Assembly (NCBI GenBank): GCA_963555985.3
Contig: OY820591.1
Coordinates: forward strand, 1,792,001-1,856,000
Direction: 5' to 3'
From: Dehalococcoidia bacterium
GTDB lineage: Bacteria > Chloroflexota > Dehalococcoidia > Bin125
Length of the DNA stretch: 64,000 nt
Part shown: piece by piece, positions 56,264-64,000 of the stretch
Layout: every line of letters starts with the position of its first letter
How positions within the stretch are numbered: the first letter of the stretch is position 1
The notes under the pieces: model-generated
Told to the model about the DNA's origin: nothing
Database searches by the model: none
What the model saw: the letters and a program-made list of their open reading frames with translations, nothing else
Made by a program: the position numbers and the translations under genes

Positions 56264-57148
56264 TTATGTGTGCTCGTCGTGACCGTGATCTTGGTGCGCC
56301 TGCTGGTCGTGGTCGTGCAGGAGTTGGAGATTCTCACCCAGCCGGGTCGAGTGCCGCTCGTTCGCGATCGGGGACTGATCGCTGAGGATGGCCAGCTCCC
56401 GCCCGAAGGTCTGGCGCAGCACGCTCTCGGTGAGCACCTCAGCGGGATCGCCCTGAGCCACGATGGAACCGTCGTCGCGGTTGCAGTTGACGCAGATGAC
56501 CTGGCCGTAGTGCTCGACGACCGACTCCAAGTCATGGGTGCAGACGATGACCGAGACGCCGAACTCGGTGAGGTCGCAGAGGACATCGAAGAGTTGGCTG
56601 TCGGAGACCGCATCGAGCGCGGCAGCGGGTTCGTCGAGCAGGAGGATGCGCGGTTGGCGCGCGAGCGCGCGCGCGATCAGGACGCGCTTGCGCTGTCCGC
56701 CGGAGAGTTCGTGGATCTGACGCTGTTGCAAATCCTGCACGTTCATCATCGCTAACGCGCGGTCAACGGCGACGCGATCTTCGCGCAAGCGGCTGCCGCG
56801 AAAGATGCGCTGGGTCCAGCGAAAGCGGTAGCGGCCCATCTCCACCACCTCCCGAACGGTGACGGGGAAGTTCCAGTCCACATCGGAGGCTTGGGGCATG
56901 TAGCCCAGGAAGGGGCGCGCGCGGCTGGGCGAGAGTCCGTCGATGGCGACGCTGCCGGTGGTGGGGTGGAGGAGACCGGCAATGGTCTTGAGCAGCGTGC
57001 TTTTGCCTGAGCCGTTGCCGCCCACGACGCCGGTGAATGAGCCCGGTGGGATGTGGAGATCGAGATGTTCAAAGACGGGCTGCGAGGGATAGCCCACGGT
57101 GACATCGGAGAAGGTAACGTCGGCGCCTTGAATGGGAGCGAGGGTCAC
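56264..57148 (-). CDS. Metal (Zn/Mn) ABC transporter ATP-binding protein
   Basis: GGNGSGKST, YMPQ...FPVTV, LSGGQ, LLLDEP, THDL; His-rich tail. Confidence 0.93.
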   Translation of the reverse strand: MTLAPIQGADVTFSDVTVGYPSQPVFEHLDLHIPPGSFTGVVGGNGSGKSTLLKTIAGLLHPTTGSVAIDGLSPSRARPFLGYMPQASDVDWNFPVTVREVVEMGRYRFRWTQRIFRGSRLREDRVAVDRALAMMNVQDLQQRQIHELSGGQRKRVLIARALARQPRILLLDEPAAALDAVSDSQLFDVLCDLTEFGVSVIVCTHDLESVVEHYGQVICVNCNRDDGSIVAQGDPAEVLTESVLRQTFGRELAILSDQSPIANERHSTRLGENLQLLHDHDQQAHQDHGHDEHT

Positions 57149-57219
57149 GCGGAGCCGGCTTTCCAGGATCGGAGCGGGTAGCTAGGGGGATCGTACCAGC
57201 GCGCTGGTAGCGTGTGGGC

Positions 57220-58122
57220 ATGGCGACCACGCTTGTCGATGCGACCGGGACCGAGGTTCGCTTGGAGCAACCGGCGCGAACGGTGGTCTCGCTGGTGCCC
57301 TCGTTCACGGAGATGGTCTGCGCGCTGCGATTGGGTTCGCGTCTGGTTGGCGTGACGCGGTTTTGCGTCGAGCCGGCTGAGGAAGTCGCGCCGATCCGCA
57401 AGATCGGCGGGACGAAGAACCCGGACACCGAACAGATCGTACGGCTTGAGCCGCAGCTGGTGCTGGCCAACCGCGAGGAGAACCGCGAAGAGGATGTGGC
57501 GGCCCTGCGCAAAGCCGGGTTGACGGTCTATGTGGGTGAGGTACGAACGGTTGCAGAGAGCGCCGAGGAGGTTGAGCGGGTGGCGAAGCTGTTGGGCGGC
57601 GTCTCGCTGAAGCTGTCGCAATCGCTGGAGCAGGCGCTGGAGGAGCAGCGGCACCTTGAGCGTTTGCGCCCGCGCGTTCGCGCGGCCTGCCTGATCTGGC
57701 GCAATCCCTACATGGCTGCCGGGGGGCAGACGTATATCGGGGACCTGTTGCGTGTCTGCGGCGGGATCAACGTGTTCGAGGAGCTTGGCGCGGACGGCCG
57801 CTACCCGCGTGTGGGGTTGCGGGAGCTGATCGCCGCCGACCCCGAAGTCGTGCTGCTGCCAAGCGAGCCGTACCGATTTCGGGAGCGTCACGCGCAGGAG
57901 CTGTCGTCGCTGCAAGAGCTGACGGCGGCGCGGGAGGGTCATGTGTACCTCTGCGACGGGCAGGTGCTGACCTGGTGGGGCGTGCGGAGCGGGGAGGCGG
58001 TGGAGTTGGTGGCGGAGTTGCTTGATCGGGCGCGTCCGGCCTGGCGCACTCATGTGGTTGACACGCCCGAACTGCCGCCGGGGTTGCAGTTGGACGTGAG
58101 CCAGCAGGACGTGGTGGAGTAG
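57220..58122 (+). CDS. Helical backbone metal receptor (BtuF-like) without signal peptide
   Basis: VVSLVPSFTE, GVTRFC..P, GGTKNP, NREEN, LLPSEPYRF. Confidence 0.88.
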   Translation: MATTLVDATGTEVRLEQPARTVVSLVPSFTEMVCALRLGSRLVGVTRFCVEPAEEVAPIRKIGGTKNPDTEQIVRLEPQLVLANREENREEDVAALRKAGLTVYVGEVRTVAESAEEVERVAKLLGGVSLKLSQSLEQALEEQRHLERLRPRVRAACLIWRNPYMAAGGQTYIGDLLRVCGGINVFEELGADGRYPRVGLRELIAADPEVVLLPSEPYRFRERHAQELSSLQELTAAREGHVYLCDGQVLTWWGVRSGEAVELVAELLDRARPAWRTHVVDTPELPPGLQLDVSQQDVVE

Positions 58123-58210
58123 GTTGGCCGGGGTGGATAGTTACCACGTCCCCCTGCTTTTGTTCTGAATTGTCGATCTCCTGTCCTGGCTGGGGAATTG
58201 TCTCTTCGAG

Positions 58211-58265
58211 GTGGTCAATTGTGGATGATTTTGGATGGTCTTGGTCAGTTGGGCTGTCCAGTTCT
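58211..58265. repeat. Degenerate 10-bp periodic tract B
   Basis: GTGGTCAATT GTGGATGATT TTGGATGGTC TTGGTCAGTT GGGCTGTCC; shares GATTTTGGATG and TTGGGCTGT with tract C. Confidence 0.6.
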
Positions 58266-58444
58266 GAGGCGAGCGGTTCGAATTTCGCCTCGATTTCAGC
58301 GGCAGCGTTTGGGCGGAAGGTGCATGGGATCTCTATCGCGTTGATGTACTGTTGTTCCGATTAGATTAGCTGGTATTGAGATGAGTGTGGTGTGTTGGTG
58401 TTGACAGAGGGGTTCTGGAATGGGGCGTTGGGTGCTGGTCACGA

Positions 58445-58475
58445 CGAGATACCCGCGGCAAGCGCGGGTATGACG
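58445..58475 (-). repeat. REP-like palindrome, family A copy 3
   Basis: Reverse complement CGTCATACCCGCG-CTTGC-CGCGGGTATCTCG, same core as 7465. Confidence 0.85.
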
Positions 58476-58524
58476 GAGGTTTTCGGTGGGTGTGACAGTG
58501 TTGTCGGAACTCGGATAGCACTTT

Positions 58525-59343
58525 CTAGAGGGGGCGGCCGGAGTCGAACATCAGGGCGGCGGCGGCGATTTGGGCGGCGAGGACGGCGGCGGTGGTGAGA
58601 TAGAGGAGGCCGGTGGCGGCCATCATGGAGCGGATGCGGGCGGTTGACCAGGCCATCCAGCCGAAGATGAGGGTGAGGCCGAAGCCGATCACGATGCGCA
58701 GCCAGAAGGTCGGGTCGGAGGTAAGGGCCAAATCGCGTCCGCCGAGCGGGGTCTCGACTGAGACGACGAGCGCGACTGCGAAGAACGCGGCCTGGAGCGC
58801 GACGACGATCAGGAATGCGGTCGTCAGCTCGACCAGGGGGCGCGCGGGCAGGCGCGGGGTGACCAAGTACCAGTGCCCGAGCGCGAGTCCGACGGCGGAG
58901 AGCCCGAGCGCCAGCGCGCCGGTGAGCAAGGTCAGGGCCAGCAGCCAGGTTGGCGCTCCGGCAAGCGTGACGGCGGTGAGAGCGAGACCAGCCAGCGCGA
59001 CGCCGCTGATGATCCAGCCGAGCTGCACGGCCTGACGGTCGCGTCCGGTGTAGAGCGCCACATTGTGGAGGATGGAGGCGCCGGTGAGGATCGCGACGAG
59101 CGCTATCAGCGGCGTGCGAGCGTCGGCGTTGATGGCGAATCCCTGGACGACGTCGCCATCGAGCGAGAGCGCTGTCCAGAGCGCCAGGCCGAAGACGACC
59201 GGGAGCATGATCGTGGTGGCGCGCACGAATCCGGGAGTGGACTGGCGGCGCAAGTGGACGGCGTGCATGACCAACGCGCCGCCCGCGCCGAGTTGGAGCA
59301 GGATCAGGAAGATCGAGTAGGGGAGCGCGCCGGATTCGGTCAT
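58525..59343 (-). CDS. Hypothetical polytopic membrane protein
   Basis: About eight hydrophobic segments; LGHWYL..P motif, ATGLLY. Confidence 0.8.
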   Translation of the reverse strand: MTESGALPYSIFLILLQLGAGGALVMHAVHLRRQSTPGFVRATTIMLPVVFGLALWTALSLDGDVVQGFAINADARTPLIALVAILTGASILHNVALYTGRDRQAVQLGWIISGVALAGLALTAVTLAGAPTWLLALTLLTGALALGLSAVGLALGHWYLVTPRLPARPLVELTTAFLIVVALQAAFFAVALVVSVETPLGGRDLALTSDPTFWLRIVIGFGLTLIFGWMAWSTARIRSMMAATGLLYLTTAAVLAAQIAAAALMFDSGRPL

Positions 59344-59360
59344 CGCAGGCGGATCGGAGT

Positions 59361-59573
59361 TCAGCGGCCGAGCTTGAGCAGGAGCACCTCGCGGCGCAGG
59401 CCCTCGTCGCCGATTTCGACCTGGACGTGGAGGACGCGGTAGCGGTCGTCGCGGCCGCCGCGGCGGAAGCGCAAGACATCGCCTTTGGACCAGGGGTAAT
59501 CCGTGTCGAGCGTGTCGAGCAGCGCTTGCTTGCGCTCGCTGAAGTCGTCGGATTCCCAGAACTCGGTGAGCAT
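59361..59573 (-). CDS. Small hypothetical protein
   Basis: GGGAG RBS, GC3 bias, co-oriented with the downstream membrane gene. Confidence 0.6.
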   Translation of the reverse strand: MLTEFWESDDFSERKQALLDTLDTDYPWSKGDVLRFRRGGRDDRYRVLHVQVEIGDEGLRREVLLLKLGR

Positions 59574-59674
59574 CGAATCTCTCCCGCGACAGACGTACCG
59601 GTCTATCGTACCGGAGCAGGCGAGATCGGGTGGATTGGCTTGTTATCCTGGGGCTGCACGGAGGGACGCTCGCC

Positions 59675-59959
59675 ATGACTACGGAATCGCCGACTCAGTT
59701 TGAGATCCGCGACGAGCTGGCTGCGATCGCCGGCATCGACAGCGCGGCAGCCGAAGGTCTGCTGCAAGTACTGTTCAAGCACTTGGTGACGCGGGAGCAA
59801 CTGGAGTTGGGACTGGCGGAGCTCCGGGCTGGTCAGCAAGCGCTGGAGACCAGGATGCAGGCGCTGGAGGGCAAGGTAAATCTGCTGTTTGCGCTGTTCT
59901 TCGCGCAGACGGCGGTGTTCGGCGGACTCTTGGGCGCGTTGATCGCTCGGGGCGGTTAG
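59675..59959 (+). CDS. Coiled-coil protein with C-terminal TM (DUF1640/CCDC90-like)
   Basis: HLVTREQL, heptad stalk, C-terminal hydrophobic helix; GGAGG RBS. Confidence 0.7.
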   Translation: MTTESPTQFEIRDELAAIAGIDSAAAEGLLQVLFKHLVTREQLELGLAELRAGQQALETRMQALEGKVNLLFALFFAQTAVFGGLLGALIARGG

Positions 59960-60013
59960 GCGGCGTTGCCGGCGGCATAGGCGCGCCAGCCCATCAAGTG
60001 AGCGTGTGGCAGA

Positions 60014-60463
60014 ATGTCGCGCATGGGAGATGGGCGCAGCGGCCGTCGTTGGGTGGTGAAGGCGCTGTATGAGGCGTCGGGGGAGTTGCGTGAGCTGTTG
60101 ATGTCGGGGTTGCGGTCGGGCTCGGCGACGGCTGTGGAGGGAGTGGAGCGGGCCTGGCGGGGGGAGACGATCGCGGCCTGGCAGCTGGCGCACCTGCTGT
60201 TCCAGGAGACTGAGGCGCTGCCGCTGCACGACTTTGAGTGGCTAGAGCAGAGCGGGACGCCGGACGTGTATGAGCAGCTGCGGGAGTTCGGGCATCTGCG
60301 CGAGCAGGTTTGCGGGGTACTGGGGATGATCTCGGAGTGGGAATGGGAGCGGCAGGCCTCGCACCGGTTTCGGGGCGAGCTGAGCGTGGAGTTGATCGCG
60401 CGGGAGGCGCATCAGAGGGATTTGGAGATTCTGGTCGGTCTGCGGCGAGAGGTCGGGGTGTAG
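60014..60463 (+). CDS. Hypothetical protein, DinB-like C-terminus
   Basis: EFGHLRE...EWERQASHRFRGELSVELIAREAHQRDLE. Confidence 0.6.
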   Translation: MSRMGDGRSGRRWVVKALYEASGELRELLMSGLRSGSATAVEGVERAWRGETIAAWQLAHLLFQETEALPLHDFEWLEQSGTPDVYEQLREFGHLREQVCGVLGMISEWEWERQASHRFRGELSVELIAREAHQRDLEILVGLRREVGV

Positions 60464-60488
60464 GCGGCGGCGTCTGGACTGAGCTCGC

Positions 60489-61358
60489 TCAGGAGGCGGG
60501 CCAGCCCAGATTGGCGGCGACTTGGGCGGCGGCGCGGGCAAAGTTCATGGTGTAGATGTGGAGGCCGGGGGCGCCGGCCTGGAGCAGGGCTTGGCCGAGT
60601 TGGGAGGCGGTTTCGACGCCGATCTGGCGGCGCTCGGCGGGGGTTTGGGCGCGTTCGAGGCAGGCTCGGAGTTCGGTTGGGAACTCGGTGTTGTTGAGTT
60701 TGGACATGCGCTCGATGCTGGCCACACTGGTGGGGGGCATGAGGCCGGGGATGACCGGGGTGGCGACGCCTCGCTGTTGCAGTTCTTCGAGGAAGCGTTC
60801 GTAGTATTCGGGGCGGTAGAAGAATTGGGTGATGGCGAAGTCGGCTTGGCTGAGCTTGGCGGCCTGGTGCTCGCGGTCGGCTTGGCGGGAGGGGGCCAAG
60901 GGGTGGCCTTCGGGGTGGGCGGCGACGGCGATGTCGAAGTGGGCGCGTTGGCGGATGAATTGGGCGAGCTGGGCGGCGGTGGCGAAAGCTTGGGTGGGTT
61001 GCTCGCCGGCTTCGAGCGCGTGTTGGGGGAGGTCGCCGCGGAGGGCGAGGATGTTGTCGATGCCGTCGGCTCGGTACTGGTCGATGATTTGGTCGATCTC
61101 GCTGCGGGTGTGAGTAACGCAGGTGAGATGGGGCATGGCTTCGACGCGGAGGTCGTTGCGGATGTGGTTGACCCACTCGCGGGTGGGGCCGCGGGTGGCG
61201 CCGCCGGCGCCGTAGGTGACGGACATAAAGTGGGGTTGATGGCGGGCGAGGCGTTGGAGGGTTCGGCGCAGGCGGGCGGCCGCGTCGGGTTCGCGGGGGG
61301 CGGAGAATTCGAAGGAGAGGGTGGGACCCGCCTCGAGCAGGGCGCTGATGCGGGTCAT
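60489..61358 (-). CDS. metF: 5,10-methylenetetrahydrofolate reductase
   Basis: SFEF, SVTYGAGG, PHLTC, NILALRGD, HPEGHP, ITQFF, GLHIYTMN. Confidence 0.95.
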   Translation of the reverse strand: MTRISALLEAGPTLSFEFSAPREPDAAARLRRTLQRLARHQPHFMSVTYGAGGATRGPTREWVNHIRNDLRVEAMPHLTCVTHTRSEIDQIIDQYRADGIDNILALRGDLPQHALEAGEQPTQAFATAAQLAQFIRQRAHFDIAVAAHPEGHPLAPSRQADREHQAAKLSQADFAITQFFYRPEYYERFLEELQQRGVATPVIPGLMPPTSVASIERMSKLNNTEFPTELRACLERAQTPAERRQIGVETASQLGQALLQAGAPGLHIYTMNFARAAAQVAANLGWPAS

Positions 61359-61371
61359 GTTGTTCCAGCGG

Positions 61372-61755
61372 CTAGATGCAGGAGCGGGCCTGGGCGGCGC
61401 CGGAGTGGTTGGCGGTGTCGAAGCTGGAGCCGCAGGCGCAGGAGTGGGAGGCGTTGGGGTTGCTGATGCTGAAGCCTTGCTTCATGACGTCGTCGATGTA
61501 GTCGACGCGGGAGCCGGCGATGAGGGGCGCGGACTCTTCGTCGACGAGGAAGCGGACGCCGTTCTTCTCGATCACGGCGTCGCCGGTCTCGGCGTCGAGG
61601 GCGAGGGCCATGCCGTACTGGTAGCCGGAGCAGCCGCCGCCGACCACGAAGACGCGGAGTGCGCCCTCGGCGAAGCCTTTGTCGACGAGGAGGGTCTTGG
61701 CCTTCTCGGCGGCGAGGTCGGAGACATCGAGCATTTCGGTGAGTTGGAAGGTCAT
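61372..61755 (-). CDS. erpA: A-type Fe-S carrier protein (ErpA/IscA/HesB)
   Basis: LRVFVVGGGCSGYQY, F.ISNPNA..SCACGSSF; AAGGA RBS. Confidence 0.9.
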   Translation of the reverse strand: MTFQLTEMLDVSDLAAEKAKTLLVDKGFAEGALRVFVVGGGCSGYQYGMALALDAETGDAVIEKNGVRFLVDEESAPLIAGSRVDYIDDVMKQGFSISNPNASHSCACGSSFDTANHSGAAQARSCI

Positions 61756-62024
61756 GGCGGCGTCCTTTCGGCGGCTGGTCGGGAACATTGTAGCAGGCGG
61801 GCGGGAGCGGGTTTGCAACGGGGGCGTCAGAGGGACGGGCGGTTAGGGATGGTTAGCGCGTGGTTAGTCCTGTTCAGCAATTTTGAGGGGGCGTGCGCGG
61901 GACGGTTTTGCGAATTGCCTGTGTTTTACGGGGGTTTGTGAGATTTGAGGTGTGTGATTTGGGTGTTCGGGCAGTTTTTTCTTTGGGGCGGTCCCGGGAA
62001 AAACGGGGGCTAGAGACTGAACAT

Positions 62025-62110
62025 GTTCAGGTTTGTTCAGGTTGGGCTGTTCGATTTTGGACGATTTTGGATGAATTCGTTCGATTGCGTTCGGATTTGG
62101 TCGAGGCTGT
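62025..62110. repeat. Degenerate 10-bp periodic tract C
   Basis: GTTCAGGTTT GTTCAGGTTG ggct GTTCGATTTT GGACGATTTT GGATGAATTC GTTCGATTGC GTTCGGATTT GGTCGAGGCT. Confidence 0.75.
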
Positions 62111-62262
62111 GCGGGCGTGGACGGGGGCGTGCGGGGCATTTCGGGGCCTGGCGAGCGGGTCTGCATTGGGCGGCTTTCGGGCGGGCGTGCGTTTGTTCTA
62201 GCTTAGCAGGTTTGGGGCGGTTGGCGGCGCGGGTATGCTAGGGGTGGGTTAAGGAGGCTGCG

Positions 62263-62562
62263 ATGGCGATCTTCGATACGGCGCGGCTGCTGGATGTGCT
62301 GGTGCGCGGCAAGTTTGCGGAGGCGGCTCCGGCGGCGGAACTGGTGAGCGAGCTGGAAGAGCAGATGGACGGCGTGCTGTCGGGATACCCGACCATGGAT
62401 CGGATGGGACTGGAGATCGGAAGAGTCCTTCAGGCCATCGCCGAAATAGAGAAACGCCGAGCAGAAATGGAAGCACGACAGGCGCGGCACATCAATCAGG
62501 CAGTGGGGATCATCCTGGCCGGGATCGCGTTGGCGGTGGGGATCATTTTGGGGTTTGGGTAG
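62263..62562 (+). CDS. DUF1640/CCDC90-like coiled-coil membrane-anchored protein
   Basis: FDT...L...F....AAE head, coiled coil, C-terminal TM; AAGGAGG RBS. Confidence 0.7.
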   Translation: MAIFDTARLLDVLVRGKFAEAAPAAELVSELEEQMDGVLSGYPTMDRMGLEIGRVLQAIAEIEKRRAEMEARQARHINQAVGIILAGIALAVGIILGFG

Positions 62563-62572
62563 GCTGGGTGAT

Positions 62573-62932
62573 ATGACGACTGCGCGGGTCATTTATTACC
62601 GGGATTTGAGCGCGGAGCATTTGCGGCAAGCGCGGGCGCTGTTGGCCGAGGGTGATCCGATGGAGGCGTTGGAGCGGGGTTGGGCGGCAGTCGCTGCGGA
62701 GCTCAAAGTGGCGGCGAACACGCGGGGGTTGCCGCACGATCGGCATCATGAATTGTGGGTGGTGGTGCGGACGCTGATCCAGGAGAGCGGCGACAGCGAA
62801 CTCAGCCTACTCTTCGGCTGTGTGCAGACGACGCAGATCAACTTCTATGACGTGCCTTACGAACGTGACCACATCAAGTGGTTTCTCGATCAGGTCGAGC
62901 GGTTGGTAGGGAAGTTGGACGCTCTGGCGTAG
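62573..62932 (+). CDS. PaREP1-like (HEPN-related) protein
   Basis: LRQARALLAEGD..EALERGWAAVA..LK.A...RG....HHEL...NFY. Confidence 0.7.
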   Translation: MTTARVIYYRDLSAEHLRQARALLAEGDPMEALERGWAAVAAELKVAANTRGLPHDRHHELWVVVRTLIQESGDSELSLLFGCVQTTQINFYDVPYERDHIKWFLDQVERLVGKLDALA

Positions 62933-62939
62933 GGCATGA

Positions 62940-63704
62940 TCAATCAGGAAGTTTGAGGCTTGCGAATGGGCTATTGGGATCCCAATCTCTCACCCGTCGA
63001 TAATTTATCGCGTCCAGCGTCATGAACTCAGGTAGCGAGCGCCCAGGAATCCGCTTCGGCTCCCAGGCCTCCCACTCATCAGGAAATTCCCAGCCGAGTC
63101 TTGTCAAGTCCGCGGTGGTGAACGGTGTGGAAAGCACCGTCGCTGATCCGCCATTCAATTCTGACCAACCATACTGGTCATTAGTGAGTGATGGTGAAGG
63201 ATGTACCAGAATATAGAGTTGTAGTGTGCGCTTGCGCCAGCGTGACTTCACGACATGAAATATGATCGTGTCAGTCTCGTAGTTCGTGCAAGCAACGTTG
63301 TTCCAATTGCTACCTGAGGTAGAAAACTGGTAATCCATGTACTGCGCGATCCCAAAGACGGCGTCCTTGCAAAGCGACTTCTGCGACTTCCACTCTGTTG
63401 CATAGTAGGATGCGTTTCCGCTCTCCATCTCATGGAGGCGGACGACTGCACTCCGAAGTGCATCTCTCAACTTTGCCTCTGTCTTCGCTCGCTCCCGGGC
63501 AAGAAGCTCCTGCGCAGCTCTTCTGGATTCATTAGCTTTCCTCTCACGGGCGGTCTGCCGATTTAGCCGATTCTGCTTCAGCCATTCTCGAGTTCGCCGT
63601 ACGGAGCGGAATGTTAGCGGAACAACATCTCGCACAACCACCCAGACTGCGGCGGCAATACCAGCAATCGCACCGATTTGCGTGAGTGTATCTTGAGGTT
63701 CCAT
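62940..63704 (-). CDS. Hypothetical protein, N-terminal TM + coiled coil, lower GC
   Basis: 254-aa ORF with visibly more A/T-ending codons; 7 bp downstream of the HNH gene. Confidence 0.7.
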   Translation of the reverse strand: MEPQDTLTQIGAIAGIAAAVWVVVRDVVPLTFRSVRRTREWLKQNRLNRQTARERKANESRRAAQELLARERAKTEAKLRDALRSAVVRLHEMESGNASYYATEWKSQKSLCKDAVFGIAQYMDYQFSTSGSNWNNVACTNYETDTIIFHVVKSRWRKRTLQLYILVHPSPSLTNDQYGWSELNGGSATVLSTPFTTADLTRLGWEFPDEWEAWEPKRIPGRSLPEFMTLDAINYRRVRDWDPNSPFASLKLPD

Positions 63705-63711
63705 CGCTCAG

Positions 63712-63999
63712 CTACTCTGTCGCCATTCGGTTGCGCTTCTTGTTCTCAACCCGCAGACCGCTCAGGGTGAGGCGGTTCGACTTGATTCGATTGCATGGTC
63801 CACACAGTAGCAACCGATTCGAGATGTGGTTCAGGCCGCCGTCTGAGCGGGGCGTGTTATGGTCAAGTTCGAGGTAGAGCGGATCGTCGAACTGGCGATC
63901 GCAGCCTCGGCAGATCATCCCGTGTTGGAGGATCAGGAAGTCCACCATTTCAGCACGGGTCATCTTGGGGCCGGGCGGTTCGGCGATCTGCACTTTGAG
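63712..63999 (-). CDS. HNH endonuclease domain, C-terminus of a gene entering from the right edge
   Basis: CRGC...LELDHNTPRSDGG.NHISN..LLCGPCN..KS; frame open to the window edge. Confidence 0.85.
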   Translation of the reverse strand, partial: LKVQIAEPPGPKMTRAEMVDFLILQHGMICRGCDRQFDDPLYLELDHNTPRSDGGLNHISNRLLLCGPCNRIKSNRLTLSGLRVENKKRNRMATE

Positions 64000-64000
64000 C

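Noticed and set aside
61356-61860. SAM riboswitch for metF
   Set aside because: metF starts 13 bp after erpA and no SAM-I core is recognisable upstream of erpA
40191-62110. Decamer tracts as CRISPR or other guide-RNA arrays
   Set aside because: Units are about 10 bp, degenerate and contiguous, with no unique spacers and no cas-like gene in the window
61864-62166. 100-aa Pro-rich minus-strand ORF as a real gene
   Set aside because: Low complexity, atypical codon use and overlaps decamer tract C; not annotated as CDS

Overview
A GC-rich, gene-dense bacterial chromosomal segment with no rRNA, tRNA, CRISPR array or transposase that I can support. Gene content resembles Chloroflexota/Dehalococcoidia (SAR202-like, possibly a sponge symbiont); this taxonomy is inference. 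It rests on a double-domain CoA transferase, LLM monooxygenase, enolase-superfamily dehydratase, DUF1800/DUF1501/NHL cluster, one-protein kinase-regulator, FN3 protein and flavin halogenase. Left part: catabolic genes with tandem GMC and MFS paralogs, a thiolase-like/DUF35 pair, two serine hydrolases and a ParDE toxin-antitoxin pair. Middle: a four-His-repeat protein divergent from DUF1800-DUF1501-NHL-MNT-HEPN, an atypical MutY, a partner-switching module and a halogenase/LLM block. Right: two giant FtsX-type permeases, a DUF309-dUTPase fusion, crcB, ClC, metF, erpA and the start of a possible HNH island. The most unusual non-coding signal is a family of four related intergenic elements. They combine, in varying subsets, a REP-like hairpin, a promoter-like block with a LexA-type box, and 10-bp periodic tracts. 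Family assignments come from motif recognition by eye, not database searches.
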